Assembly (NCBI GenBank): GCA_963777045.1
Contig: CAVZPD010000009.1
Span: 287,396 to 351,395 of the forward strand
DNA from: an uncultured Chloroflexia bacterium
GTDB taxonomy: Bacteria; Chloroflexota; Limnocylindria; QHBO01
Direction of reading: 5' to 3'
DNA length: 64,000 nt
Part shown: positions 41,599 to 55,500 of the stretch, in pieces
How the letters are laid out: every line of letters starts with the position of its first letter
Numbering within the stretch: the stretch's first letter is position 1
Translations under genes and position numbers: made by a program
The notes under the pieces: generated by a model
Told to the model about the DNA's origin: nothing
Database searches by the model: none
Seen by the model: the letters and a program-made list of their open reading frames with translations, nothing else

Positions 41599-42195
41599 TC
41601 AGCGGGCAGGGCCACCCGGCATGGCGGAAAAACCGACCAGGTGGTCGTTGACCATCCGGCCGACTGCATGAAGGCGTAGGCGATGGTCGGGCCCACGAAG
41701 CGGAAGCCGCGGCCCCGCAGGTCGGCGGAGAGGGCGCGCGAGGCATCGGTCTCGGTCGGCACCTCGGCCAGTGGGGCCCGGGGTTCTGCACGGGCCCGCC
41801 GCCCACGAAGGACCACAGGTGGTCGCCGGCGAGCCGACCTCATCGGCCAGCCGCAGCCAGGCCCGGGCGTTGCCGATGGCGGCGCTCACCTTGGCCCGGT
41901 TGCGCACGATGCCGGCATCGGCCAGCAGGCGGTCCACATCGGCCTCGCCGAAGGCGGCCACCCGGACCGGGTCGAAGCCATCGAAAGCGCGGCGGTAGCC
42001 TCGCGCTTGCGCAGGATGGTGATCCAGGCCAGCCCCGCCTGGGCGCCCTCCAGGATCAGCAGCTCGAAGAGGGCGCGGTCATCGCGCAGCGGGACGCCCC
42101 ACTCGGAGTCGTGGTAACGGTGTAGAGCGGGTCGCCCTCCGCCCCACGGGCAGCGCTCGTGCCGTCAGCCGCGAAGGGCGCGAGCCAAGCGCCAC
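41599..42195 (-). CDS. tag: DNA-3-methyladenine glycosylase I, frameshifted
   Basis: YHDSEWG, LEGAQAGLAW, GIVRNRAK, GFRFVGPTIAYAFMQ, VNDH. Confidence 0.92.
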
Positions 42196-42248
42196 GCCTC
42201 CGGGAGCACCCGGCAACGCAGGCGCGGAGCGGCGGTCCTGCGACGCAC

Positions 42249-43130
<882 letters not shown>

Positions 43131-43147
43131 CAGGAGTCCGTGTTCGG

Positions 43148-43326
43148 TCAGGCGCTGCCCTCGGCGAGAGGACTGCTGCGGAGTCGTCGAGCCGCAGCCG
43201 CCCCACCTGTCGCACCCGTGCCCGCCTGCCCGTCCCGCGAGCATCCTCCGGGCGGCGGCCGCGGAGGTCATCGGCGGCGCGTCGCGAGGTGACGCTCGCG
43301 TCGGAAACGAACTGTGAGATGTACAC
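43148..43326 (-). CDS. Small hypothetical protein (about 59 aa, indel-affected)
   Basis: Strong RBS AAAGGAGG, GTG start (MYISQFVSD..), followed by the terminator. Confidence 0.6.
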
Positions 43327-43481
43327 CTTGGTGACCTCCTTTCGGTCGTGTGCCAACAGTCTGGGTCCCCGGATCCGAGGCACACCGTCGCTGCATCGCG
43401 AAGTCGGGCGGGACCTTCGTCGCACCCGTCGGTACGTCATTTGGACGGGGAGGCTCGCCCCGCGCGGGGTATCCTCGTCCC

Positions 43482-44149
43482 GTGCACGACGAGCCCGAGC
43501 GCATCCGGGTGATGCTGGTCGACGACCACGTGGTCGTCCGACGCGGGCTGCGCGGCTTCCTGGAGCTCCAGCCCGACATGGAGGTGGTGGGGGAGGCGGG
43601 CGACGGGGTCGAGGCGGTGGAGCTCGCCGACCGGTTCGAGCCCGACGTGATCCTGATGGACCTGCTGATGCCGCGCATGGACGGGCTGACGGCGATCGGG
43701 CGCATCAAGGCTGCGCACCCGGTGATCGAGATCGTCGCCGTGACCAGCTTCATCGAGGAGGAGAAGGTGACCTCGGCACTGGAGGCAGGTGCCTCCGGCT
43801 ACCTGCTCAAGGATGCCGATGCCGACGAGGTCGCCGCCGCGATCCGCGCGGCGCACGCGGGCGAGGTGCACCTCGACGCGGCGGTCGCCCGGCTGCTCGC
43901 GCAGCGGATGCGGTAGCGGCGCGACAGCGAGCCGGTCGAGCCGCTCACCCCGCGCGAGAAGGAGGTACTCGCGCAGCTCGGGCGTGGCGCCTCGAACAAG
44001 GAGATCGCCCACGAGCTGTCGATCACCGAGCGTACGGCGCGCACCCACGTCAGCAATATCCTCGGCAAGCTCGGGCTCACCAGCCGGACCCAGGCCGCGC
44101 TCTGGGCCGTCGAGCACAAGCTGGTCGAACCGTCGTCCTCGGGCCATGA
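43482..44149 (+). CDS. NarL/LuxR-family response regulator (in-frame TAG at 43914)
   Basis: MLVDDH, DVILMD, GYLLKD; HTH LTPREKEVL..SNKEIA..HVSNILGKL continues in frame after the TAG. Confidence 0.9.
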
Positions 44150-47100
44150 CGGCCGACGCCGAGCTTCTCCAGTCCGCGGTCAGCGAGGTCGCGCGCCTGC
44201 TGCGCGCCGACGGCGCGATGATCTACCTGGTCGACGAGGCGACGGGCCAGCTCCGCTTCGCCCACGACGCGGGGATCACGGATCCGGACGCGCGCCGCCT
44301 GATCCATGACCTGACGCTGCCGGTGGGGGTGGGGATGTTCGGCACCGCGGTCGCATCGCGGCGCATGACCGTCACGGACGACTACCCGGCCGACCAGCGT
44401 TTCACCCACAGCGAGGTCGCGGACCGCATCGTCACCGCCGCCCGGATGCGGTCGATGGCGGTCGCGCCGCTGCTGGCCAACGGCCGGCCGATCGGCGCCT
44501 GGGCACTACGCGTCGCGGCGCGGCCTCAGCGAGCCGCGGATCGCCTGCTGCGCGCCCTGGCCGACCCGCCGCCGCGCCATCGCCAACCAGCGGCTGGTTG
44601 CGCAGCTGGCCGCCTCCGAGGAGCGCTATCGGAACCTGGTCGAGGGCTCGCCCGACGTCGTCTGGGCCACCGACCACCGGGGACGCCTCGTCTTCCTCTC
44701 CGAGACGGTGGAGCAGCTGACCGGGCACCGGCCGACGAGCTGCTCGGTCAGCACTGGTCGGTGATGGTCGTCCCCGAGGACCGCGAAGGCTTCCAGCGAC
44801 GCTGGGACGAATCGAAGCAGCAGGGCGACGAGGAGCGTCGCGTCCGCTTCCGCATCCAGCGTGCCGACGGGACGCCGCGGACGGTCGAGCTGCGGGGCCG
44901 AGAGCGCGTCATGGCGAGCGGCATCGGCGCCCACGGCTCGATCCGGGACATCAGCGAGCTGGCGGGCCTGGAGGATGACCTGCGCGCGCAGGCGCAGGAG
45001 CTGGCGCCGCGTCGAGACCAGCAGACGGTGGCACGCGATCAGCGCGCCGCATCGCCGCGATGGAACGCGATCGGGAGGTGCTGCAGCAGGTGGTCGACGC
45101 CGCAAAGCGGCTGCTCGTCTCGGATGGCGCCCACCTCACCCTGCTCGACCCGGATGAGGCCGAACCTGCGGCCGCACGTCGTCGCCGGCGGCGTCGACGG
45201 ACGCGGCGCGCGTGGCTTGCCGGCGCAGGAGCGCTTCCCGATCGGCGGCGGGATCAACGGCCTGGCCGCGCAGACCGGCGTGCCGGTCTGGACGGACGAC
45301 TACCGGGTCGACCCGCGGATGCCGCACACCGAGGATGACTCGCCGGACCGGCTGGACCTGGGTGCCATGGCGGTCGCGCCACTGCGCGGGGTGCGCGGCG
45401 AGATCATCGGCACGCTCGCCATCTCGTACCGGGATCCGCGCGAGTCACGCCCGCGAGATCGCGCTGCTGGAGGGGCTGGCCGGGCAGGCCGCGATCGCTG
45501 CGCGCAACGCCGGCCTGTACGCGAAGCTGCGCGACAGCGAGCGCCGCTATCGACTCCTCGTCGACCACTCGCCCGACCAGGTCTTCGAGACCGATGCGCA
45601 GGGCCGTCTGACCTACCTCTCGTCAGCGAGCGAACAGCTGACGGGCCGGGATCCCGCCGAGCTGGTCGGCCATCCCTTCGCCGACGTCGTTGTCCCGGAG
45701 CAGCGCGATGAGCTGGACGCCACCTTCGCTCGCTTCCGCGAGCAGCCGCAGGTCGAGCAGCGCAGCGAATTCGTCTTCCTGCGGCGCGACGGTTCTCGAG
45801 TGCCGGTCGAGACCGTGGCCCTGGACGGGTCGACGACGACGGTGCCTTCGCTGGCATCCACGGATCGACGCGCGACATCAGCGAGCGGGCTCGGCTCGAG
45901 GCGAGCCTGCGCCAGCAGGCGGAAGAGCTGTCGCGTTCCGTCGACGCGCAGCGCACGCTTGCCGAGATCGCGGCCGAGATCAGCTCCATCCGCGACCCGG
46001 TCGGCGTGCTGCGCCGGACCGTCACGGCGGCGAGGCGGCTGCTGGGCGGTGACCACGCGGTGATCAACCTGGAATCGCGCACCGCCCAGGCGCTGGCACG
46101 GAGGAGACCGAAGCTGATCGATCCGGGCGCCATTCCCGTCGGGGTCGGCCTGGCCGGGACCGCAATCTGCCAGAGCCGCGTGCTGTGGACCGGGGACTAC
46201 CTGGCGGACATTCGTTCGTGCATCGGAAGAGGCCGATGCGTGGATTCGCGAGCACGGCTATCGCTCCCAGATCTCGGCGCCGCTGCACCAGGAGGAAGGG
46301 CCGATCGGCGCCCTGACCGTCTACGCGAAGGCAACCGACGCGTTCGACGAGGCGGATGCCGAGCTGCTCGACGCGCTGGCCGGGCACGCCGCCATCGTGC
46401 AGACCAACGCCCGCCTCTACGCCGAGACCCAGCAGGCGGCCGAGGAACTGGCACACCTGGTCGAGGCGCAGCGCTCGCTGTCCGCGATCGCCGCGCAGAT
46501 CAGCGCGATCCGCGACCCGTCGGTCGTCCTGCAGCGGACCGTGGACGAGGCGCGTCGGCTGCTCGGAGCCGACCTGGCCACATCAACCCACTCGACACCG
46601 GAACCAACCGCCTCGAATGGGCGGTCGCCTACTCCCCGGCCGATCAGCCGCTGGATGACGTGGTCGTGACGCCCGGCCCCGGGGTCTCCGGGACCGCCCT
46701 CGCCGAGCGCCGCGTGGTCCGCACGGGGACTACCTTAGGGACGCAGCCTTCGAGCACAGCCCGGAGCTGGATGCGTACATCGCCCGCCGCGGCATGGTCT
46801 CGATGATGTCCGCGCCGCTGGTCGCAGGCGACCAGCCGATCGGAACGCTCACCGTGCAGGCGGCACGCCTGATGCCTTCAGCGAGGACGACGCGCAGCTG
46901 CTGGATGCGCTCGCCGCACAGGCGGCCGTGGCGATCACCAACGCGCGGCTGCTCGAGCAGATGCAGGGCTCGGAGCGGCGCTACCGGCACCTGGTGGAGC
47001 ATTCCCCGGACCTGGTCTGGTCGGTGGATGCGGACGGCATCTTCACCTACCTGGGTGAGGCGCTGGAGCGGATGACCGGATTCCGCCGCGAGGAGCTGGT

Positions 47101-48001
47101 GGGCCGTCACTGGGGCGAACTGGTCGTTGCAACGTCGATGGATGATGCCCAGCGCGCCTGGGCCACCGTCCAGGAGCGCCCGGACGAGGAGCTGCAGCTG
47201 CGCGTGGTCCTGCGACAGGTGGGCGGGGGCGGCAGGCCGCCGAGGTGAACATGGTGGCCACCACCGTCGACGGCCGCTTCGCCGGCGCGCAGGGCTCGAT
47301 CCGCGACATCCGGGAGCGAGAGCGGCTGGAGGCGGACCTGCGCAGCCAGGCCGCCGCGATCGCCGCCAACGAGGAGCGGGCCAACCTGGCGCGCGAGCTC
47401 CACGACTCGGTGACGCAGGCGCTCTTCAGCATGGGCCTCACGGCGCGCGCGCTGGAGCTGCTGCTCGACCGCGACCCGGAGGCCGCGCGCGAGAAGCTGG
47501 CGGAGCTGCGGGACCTGCAGAAGGACGCCCTGGCCGAGATGCGGACGCTCATCTTCGAGCTGCGACCCCAGGGACTCGAGACCGACGGGCTGGCGCAGGC
47601 GCTCCGCAACCACGCGGCCGCGGTGCAGGGCCGGACCGGGCTGGCCGTGGCCGTGGAGATCGAGATGGACGAGCGGCTGCCGCTCCACGTAGAGGAGGCG
47701 CTCTACCGCGTCGCGCAGGAGGCGCTGCACAACGTGGTGAAGCACGCCAACGCCGAGAACGCGCGCATCGCCCTGCGGCGTCGGCCGCGAGCTGCGCCTG
47801 ACCGTGGAGGACGACGGCATCGGCTTCGACCCGGGCGACGTCCCACGCGGCCACCTGGGCCTGGTGGGCATGGGTCAGCGCGCGGAACGCATCGGGGCCG
47901 AGCTCGAGATCTCGCGCCGGCCGGGGGGTGGAACGCGGGTGCGTGTGACGCTGCCGCTCGCGACGATGGCCGGCACGCCAGAGGCCGCAACGGCGCAATG
48001 A
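44146..48001 (+). CDS. Multi-GAF/PAS sensor histidine kinase (HisKA_3), heavily frameshifted
   Basis: Repeated GAF (G.G..G, V.T.DY, APL, IG.L) and PAS (SERRYR.LV..SPD) blocks; ERANLARELHDSVTQ, QEALHNVVKHA, DDGIGF, GHLGLVGM. Confidence 0.9.
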
Positions 48002-48064
48002 CGTAGGCGCATCCCCCGTTCGCCCGATGCTCCGGGAGCGCTGCCGCGCAGATCATGGGGGCCG

Positions 48065-48451
48065 ATGGATACGAACGATCACGCGGACAGAATTGGCAAC
48101 GACGGCGTGCTGGTCGTGGACGCCGATCGCCGCGTCCAGCAGTCGGTGGCCGAGGTGCTCCGCGCTGCTGGCCTGAACGTCGTCGGCATGGCCGGCGACG
48201 TACGCTCCGCGATGGAGCTGATGGCGGACCTGCTTCCCGGCGTTCTGGTGGTGGATCTGCGCCTGCCCGACCCCGAGGCGGGCGCGTCGCTCATGTCGAG
48301 CGTGGCGCTGGGCTGGCCCGGGACACGGATCGTGGTCATGGGGTGGCCCGGCGGCGAGCGCGCTGACGCGCCGCGGGCCCATGCCTACGTCTCGAAGTCC
48401 GCGGAACCAGAGGACTTCGTTTCGGCCACCATCGCCGCCTGCGGCTGCTGA
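48065..48451 (+). CDS. Single-domain response regulator receiver
   Basis: VLVVDAD, VVDLRLPD, YVSKS. Confidence 0.8.
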   Translation: MDTNDHADRIGNDGVLVVDADRRVQQSVAEVLRAAGLNVVGMAGDVRSAMELMADLLPGVLVVDLRLPDPEAGASLMSSVALGWPGTRIVVMGWPGGERADAPRAHAYVSKSAEPEDFVSATIAACGC

Positions 48452-48521
48452 CCGAGCGCCGCGGGCCGCCGCTTGCCGCGCATGGCATGATCCGCCGGTG
48501 CAGGCCCGCCTACCGGCACCC

Positions 48522-50140
48522 ATGGCTGCGATCCTCGCCGTCATTCATAATGGCTCGCTGCGGCGCGTCCTGCTGGCCTACATCGGCTTCTCGATGGCCG
48601 AGTGGGGGAGCTGGATCGCGATCCTGGTCTATGCCTATGAGCGCGGGGGCGCCGCCGAGAGCGGGTTCGCGGCCCTCGTCCAGCTGGCGCCCTCGGCCAT
48701 CGTGGCGCCGATCGCCGCCTCGGTCGGCGACCACCTCCGCCGCGAGCGTGCGCTCCTGCTCGCCTACCTCGCCCAGGCAGCCGCGATGGCGCTCACCGCC
48801 GCGGCACTGCTGGCAGCCGTACCGTCACCGGTCGTCTACTCGCCGCGGCCGTCGCGGCGACGAGCGTGACGCTGACGCGGCCGATCCAGGCCGCCATCCT
48901 GCCGTCGCTGTCGCGCACGCCGGCCGAGCTGACCGCCGCGAACGTGGCCGACGGCAGCGTCGAGACGGTGGCGATCGTGGTCGGCCCGATCCTGGCTGGC
49001 CTGACGCTGGCGGTCGCCGGACCGGCGCGGTCTTCGTCGGCGCCGCGCTGGTCTCGTGGCGGGCGCGCCCTGGTGGCCGGCATTCGATCCGCGGGCCGCG
49101 AGCGGCCCGCCGGAGGTCCGCGACGGCTGGCGCGGCGTGGCCGAGGCGCTCGGCGGCTTCGGCGTCCTGGTCGCGGAGCCGCGGCCGCGGCGGTGCTGGG
49201 CCTGCTGGGCGCCGCCGCGGTGCTGGGGGGGACGCTCGACGTGCTGCTGGTGGTGCTCGCGGTGGACCTGCTGCTCATCGGCGACAGCGGGGGTGGGCTA
49301 CCTCAACGCGGCGCTCGGCGTCGGCGGGCTGGTCGGTGCCGGGATGCGCCGTGCTGCTCATCGGGCGTGCCCGGCTGGCGGCACCGTTCGCCGCCGGCAT
49401 CGGCCTGTTGTCGATCGCCCGTGACGCTGGTCGGCGTGGGCCGGCGTGGTCGTGGCCCTGGTGCTGATCGCCGCCGCCGGCATCGGCCGGGTGGTGATGG
49501 ATGTGGCCGGCCGGACGCTGCTGCAGCGCGTCGCGCCCGAGCATTTCCTGGCGCGAACCTTCGGCGTGCTGGAGGGGCTGCACATGGCTGCCCTGGCGGT
49601 CGGCAGCGTTCGCGGCGCCGCTGCTGATCCTCCTCGCCGGTGACCAGGGAGCCTTCGTGATTCCGGGCGGCGCGGTGGTGTCGTGGCGCTGCTGTGGCGT
49701 GCCGCTCGCTGGGCCGGATCGACAGCGTCGGCCTGGCGCGGCCGCGCGAGCTCGGCCTGCTGCGCGCCCTTCCGATCTTCGCGCCGCTCGGGACGGTGGA
49801 GCTGGAGCAGCTGGCCGTCAACCTGTGCCGGTGCACGCGCATGCCGGCGGCGCGATGATTCGCCAGGGCCAGAAGGGGGATCATTTCTACATCGTGGTCA
49901 GCGGCGAGGTGGAAGTGACGATCGACGGACGCACCGTGCGCCAGCTCGGCGCCGGCGACTCGTTCGGCGAGATCGCCCTGCTCCGAACGTGCCGCGCACC
50001 GCGACGGTCAGCGCGCTGGAGCAGCAGCTCCTGTCGCTCGAGCGCGGCGCCTTCCTGGAGGCGGTCACCGGCCAGCCCGCGAGCCAGCAGCGCGGCCGAG
50101 GCCGTCGGTGCGAGGGCACCTGGGCACCCCCGCGGAGGAT
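48522..50140 (+). CDS. MFS transporter fused to a cyclic-nucleotide-binding domain, frameshifted
   Basis: [14 protein letters not shown] and TM segments, then [31 protein letters not shown]. Confidence 0.85.
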
Positions 50141-50144
50141 GCCG

Positions 50145-51203
50145 ATGCGCGCGCGTGACCTGGGCATCGTGATCGGGCTGCTGCCACCCGGCGCGAACAA
50201 CGCGATCACCGACGTGGATGGCGTGCGCGTCGGCCACGCCACCCTGGTCGACGGGGACGGGCCGCTTGTGGTCGGCGCCGGACCGGTGCGAACCGGCGTG
50301 ACCGTCATCCTGCCGCACGCGGCGAGATCGGCGCGAGCCGTCTTCGCCGGAACGCACACCCTCAACGGCAACGGCGAGCTGACCGGGCTGGAGTGGGTGC
50401 GCGAGTCGGGGCTGCTGACCACGCCCATCGGCCTGACCAACACCCACAGCGTGGGAGTGGTGCGCGACGCGCTGGTCACCGCCAGCATCCATGGCGCCCC
50501 GCACGGCCAGCCACGCTGGGCGCTTCCCGTCGTGGGCGACGTGGGACGGCTACCTGAACGACATCGATGGCCAGCACGTCGGCGGAGCATGTCTCGCGGC
50601 CCTGGCCGGCGCCGCCGGACCCGGTGACGGAAGGGAACGGGGTGCCGGGACCGGGACCAAGGCCTTCGGCTTCAAGGCTGGGATCGGCACGCTCGCGCGT
50701 GGTGCGCGAGGCGCCGGTGGCCACACCGTGGGGGTGCTGGTGCAGGCCAACCACGGCCGGCGCCATCGGCTCAGCATCGACGGCGTGCCGGTCGGGCGCG
50801 AGATCACGGCGAGAGGTGCCCGGCCCGGACGTGTCGCGCCCGACGGTGGATCGATCATCGTCGTGGTGGCCACCGACGCGCCGCTCCTGCCGCACCAGTG
50901 CCGGCGCCTGGCGCAGCGTGCCTCGCTCGGCATCGCCCGCGGCGGCGGGGGAGGCGAGCACACAGCGGCGACCTGTCATCGCGTTCGCCACCGGCAACCG
51001 GGGCCTTCGCCCGAGGAGGACGAGGGGGCGCCGCCCCACGCGGCGCTGCGGATGCTGAACGACGTCCACATCGACGCGCTTTCTGGGCGACCATCGAGGC
51101 GACCGAGGAGGCGATCGACAACGCGCTGGTCGCCGCCGAGACGATGACCGGCCGCGACGGGATCACCTTCCACGCCATCCCGCACGATCGCCTGCGCAGG
51201 TGA
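50145..51203 (+). CDS. P1/S58 family peptidase (DmpA-like), frameshifted
   Basis: RARDLG, NAITDVDGVRVGH, RTGVT, NGNGELTG, LTNTHSVG, GSIIVVVATDAPL, EATEEAI.NAL. Confidence 0.92.
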
Positions 51204-51235
51204 TGGCACCGATACGGCCGCGGCGGCCGGCTGGG

Positions 51236-52284
51236 TCAGACGGCGGGCGCATGGCCTCCCCGGATCGAGCCAAGGTCGGCGGCGCGGGCTGAGCGACCCT
51301 CCTCGCCCGCGACGATGTCCGGGTCCTTGAGCCCGTGCCCGGTCAGGATGCAGACGACCGTCTCGGACCGATGCAGCCGCCCCTCCCGGCCAGCCGCGCC
51401 ACGCCGGCGACCCCGGTAGCCGAGGCAGGCTCGCAGAAGATGCCCTCGATGCGCAGGATGCGCCGCTGCATCTGCAGGATCTCTTTGGTCCGGGATCGCC
51501 TCGATCAGGCCGCCAGACTCGTCGCGCGCGGCCAAGGCTCCCGGCCACGAAGCGGGATTGCCGATGCGGATCGCGGTCGCCGCCGTCTCCGGGTGCTCAC
51601 CGGCTCCCCGCACGATCGGCGCGGCCCCCTCGGCCTGGAAGCCAGCATCCGCGGCCGGCGGCCACCGGCGTGCGGCCCTCGTCGGCGTAGCGCGGAAGCC
51701 GGACCAGGCGGCGGTGATGTTCCCGGCGTTGCCGACCGGGAGCGCCACGGCGTCCGGGAGGCGCCAGCTCGTCGACGATCTCCCAGGCGACGGTCTGCTG
51801 CCCGGCGATGCGGTCAGGGTTGACGAGTTCACGACCGCCGCCACGCCCTCCTCGCCGAGCCGCCGCACGGCGGCCAGCGCCTCGTCGAAGTTGCCATCGA
51901 CCATGATCAGCCGCGCGCCAGCAGCCAGCGCCTGCGCCAGCTTCCCGCGCGCCACCTTGCCGGCCGGCAGCACCACGAGGCACGCGATGCCGGCCGCGGC
52001 GGCGTACGCCGCGGCGGAGGCGCTGGTGTTGCCGGTCGAGGCGCAGACCACGCGCCGCGCGCCCCGGCCTCCACGGCGCGGGTCACGGCCAGGACCATGC
52101 CGCGGTCCTTGAAGCTAGCCGGTCGGGTTCGTGCCCTCGACTTGAGGTGCAGCCGATCCAGCCCCAGCTCCTCACCCAGCCGCCGAGCGTAGACCAGCGG
52201 AGTACCGCCCTCGCCCAGGGTGATGCGGGAACGCCTCGCGGCCCGGGCCAGCAGGTCGCGGTAACGCTCGAGGAGCGCGGCCAT
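51236..52284 (-). CDS. thrC: Threonine synthase, frameshifted
   Basis: TLGEGGTPL, SFKDRGM, CASTGNTSAS, PVGNAGNI, ATAIRIGNP, LTGHGLKDP. Confidence 0.93.
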
Positions 52285-52347
52285 CAGCCGGTGCCCGCCT
52301 CGGCAGACTTAGCGAGCCTCAGGCACCGCCCCGTTCACGGCCCGGTG

Positions 52348-52516
52348 CCGATAGATCGGCCCCAGCGAGCATCACGCTTGAGAGGCGCTACCGTTACCGT
52401 ATCGGTACGACAGGGGCGCACGACGTCAGCCAGGAGGCGACCGTTGCCACGTCGCGTGGGACGACCGAGCCCGCGCCGCCCCGTCGCCGGGCGCGTTCCC
52501 GTTGGATCTCTATCGG
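52348..52516. repeat. Dispersed four-box palindromic element, copy D (degraded or error-rich)
   Basis: CCGATAGATC 52348, GTATCGGT 52399, TCTATCGG 52509; third box unclear. Confidence 0.6.
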
Positions 52517-55500
52517 GCGATTTTCACGACACTGCGCAGGTAGGAGGTCGGCAGCCGCGCACCGATCGGCACCTCCTTCGGCGTGGTGAACAGCAGGGTC
52601 GCTCCCTTCGGCCGGACGCGAGCGCTTGCCGAGCGGCTGATGTCGCCGGCGGAATCTCGAACAGGACGAGGTCCCGGATCTTCGGCAGCACAACTGCAAG
52701 CGGCCATCTTCGCGGGCTCCTCCTGGACCCACCGAGAACACATCCCGACGGCGGCGTACCGGCGCCAAGTTCTTCAGGCCAGCCGTAGATTCGAACAGGT
52801 CGGCCCGCTGCCACCCACACCCCACCCCGGCCACGTCCAGGTGCGCGGGGCCGCTGGTGGGGGGAGAGGTACGTGTCGGTGTCAGTTAATCATGTGCGCT
52901 CCACCAGGGTCGGCGTGGCGCGTCCGCCGCCTGCTCCTCCAGAGCGCCACGGGTCGGGTCCGTCAAGAGGACCGGCTCGAATGAGCCTGAGGGAGACTTC
53001 CGCCACGGCAGACGAGGCCGCCGAGCAGCCGCAGCAGCTTCAGCTTCAGCGTCGTGACCGCCGGCGCAGCATGTCGGCGTGCAGGGTCTGCCTCACGCGG
53101 CAGGTGGAAGCCTGCAAGAACGTAGTCATCAGGTAGAACCAGCCCGGATACCCCCTCCGCGCCCGACGCACCAGGACCGCTGCCACCGCCAGGCCGAGGA
53201 GTTGCTCTGGGCAGCCAGCCCTCGTACAGCCGTGCGGGAGGAGGAGCGTCATCAGCAAGATCTAGCACCACTTGGCCAGGCCAAGCGATCAGGAGCTCGT
53301 CGATCGTGGTGCGCCGCCCCGTTGGCGGAGTCGGCGTGCTCCGCCTCCCAGACGAGCAGCGCCTCAGCACGTGGCGGCGACGACGGGCGTACTCAAAGCC
53401 CCAGGCAGGCGTTGCTCCGGGAGGACGGGCTTCCTCTGTCCCGCCTGAAGAAGCTCGCCGGGCGCCCTCCAGGTGCCTGGATCAGGATCCACGCCTCGCC
53501 CGCTGCCGGGGGGCAGTCGACCAGGGCCTTCGAGTTCCGCTCGCTGAAGTACAGCTCGGCAGGGGAGGGTGCCCTGGCAGCGGCAACGGCGACCCGGGGG
53601 GCACCAGAGCATGCCGAAGGCAGGCGCCTGCCGCTGCACCCGAGTCGAGATCAGCATCTTCCCCGCGGCGAGCGGCACGCGCCGTCGCTCGAGCTGCTCC
53701 CGAGCGTGGGATGGACGGTGGAGGATCGATCGGGCCGACGGTCGAGCGGCCAGCTCGTCGCATCGACTCGTCGCTGCACTCCACCGCGGTACCCGGCTGA
53801 CCACCCCCTCCGGCTGCAACGCCTGGGCACAGCAGTCCCCAGCTGCGGGACCAGTTGATCGCTAAGTACCGCCTCCGCCGCTGAGCAGTGGCCCAGGTCG
53901 CGCGCCATCTCACCGCGCACAGCACCATCGGCCTGCTGCTCCAGATACCACGCCCCGCCTGGACCGGGGGTGCACCTGGTCAAGCTCGCGGACGCTCGGG
54001 TACTCAGCGGATGCGCAGCGGCCGTTGTCTGCGGCTGCGGGTATTCAGCGGCTCCATCACCCCCTGCGTTCTGGCATCGGAGCGACGGTCACCCGGTTCC
54101 AGGTCGGTCGCCGCGTCGCCGTCGGAAGAACACAGTCGATACGTCGATTTCCAGGCGGACCGAGCCGCCGGGCGGGGCACCGGGTCATCAGCATGACATC
54201 GATGATCGGCACGTCGTTGCCGCCCTTCGCCAGGTCCGACGGGTCGCGGTGGACGTACCTCGTCCGGCCCCGTCGTCGAAGCGACCTCGTTGCTAACGAT
54301 CAGGTGCCGCCGTTCCCGCGGTACGAGCGGCCGCCGCCGCGGCGAGGGTCGGGTCTCGGCCGCCACGCCCTCGCCGCGAAAATATCACGTCGCCGTCGAT
54401 CAGGACCGCTAGCGTGATCTAGTCGTTCCAGGTCGTCGTAACGATGGACAGAGCGATTCCGTCTGCTGCCGCGCGGCAAGCGTCCCTCGACGACCGAGTT
54501 GACCCAGCCTCCCAGTGGCTTCAGATTCGACGAGTTCGGTGACGTCCGGCGGCTCCGCGGCGGGAAGGTTGTCGTCGTCGCCGTGCGCGCCCAGGTCGTG
54601 CTTCACGTCGTCGAGGCCGACCCCTTGCGAGTCGGCGCATCGGTGCCAAGCCGGCCGCCTGGGACTCAGCCACGCCGCCGCGTTGACTGATCCCACGATA
54701 CGGAGAAGGACACGTCAGCGAGTGCCGGTGCGCCATGCCAATGGCCCCGACGTCGTGGCTTCAAGCCACGCCCCGGCATCGAGCAGGATCACGTCCCAGA
54801 CATCAGAGCCATCGCGTCCAGAGCGTCGATGCTGAAGCGCTTCTCGCCCAGGTCGGCCCATGCAGGAAGCACTCGAGGCCTCCACCTCAGTACGCCGCTC
54901 CAGCAGCGCCCCGCTGCTCGGCAGGACGTCCAGCGGCATCTCGTCCGCACCGGAACCGGTGGCCTTCGCACACCCAGACCAGCTCCTCGTCCGAGGCAAT
55001 CTGCTCCACCTCGTATGCGATCGAGCCGCAGTAGGTGGCGAGCAGGTTCGGAAGCCGCGTCGGCGAGCGTGTTGCCGGGCAGTCGATGCGCAGCAGGTCG
55101 GCGGGGATGGCTGCCATGACGTCGTGCGAGAGGCCCAGTGACAGCGGGTCGAGCGCCGGATCGCGCGCCGGTTCGGTGCCCAGGGGACCAAGGTGCGCGG
55201 CCAGGTGTCCGAAGGACCGATACGCCCGCACCAGCGCGACCGCCGCTGCCAGCGCCTCCAGGTCCTCGCGCTCCGCCCCCTCGGGCGTGGCCGATGGCGT
55301 CGCGGCTCCGCCACGGCCGGCAGTGGCTGCGGTTCGGCGTCCAGTGCGCCGAACACCTCTTCGAAGAAGCCGTCCTCGCCACGCAGGAGGGCGTCGATGC
55401 GGCGGAGGAAGCTGCCCGACTCGGCGCCCTGGATGACGCGGTGGTCGTAGGTCGAGGTGATCGTCATCACCCGCTGCAGCCCGACGTCGCGGATCGCCGG

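Noticed and set aside
52510-54700. Apparent novel ORFs or foreign island next to element copy D
   Set aside because: Fragments match SucA E1 motifs in the correct order, so this is corrupted sucA
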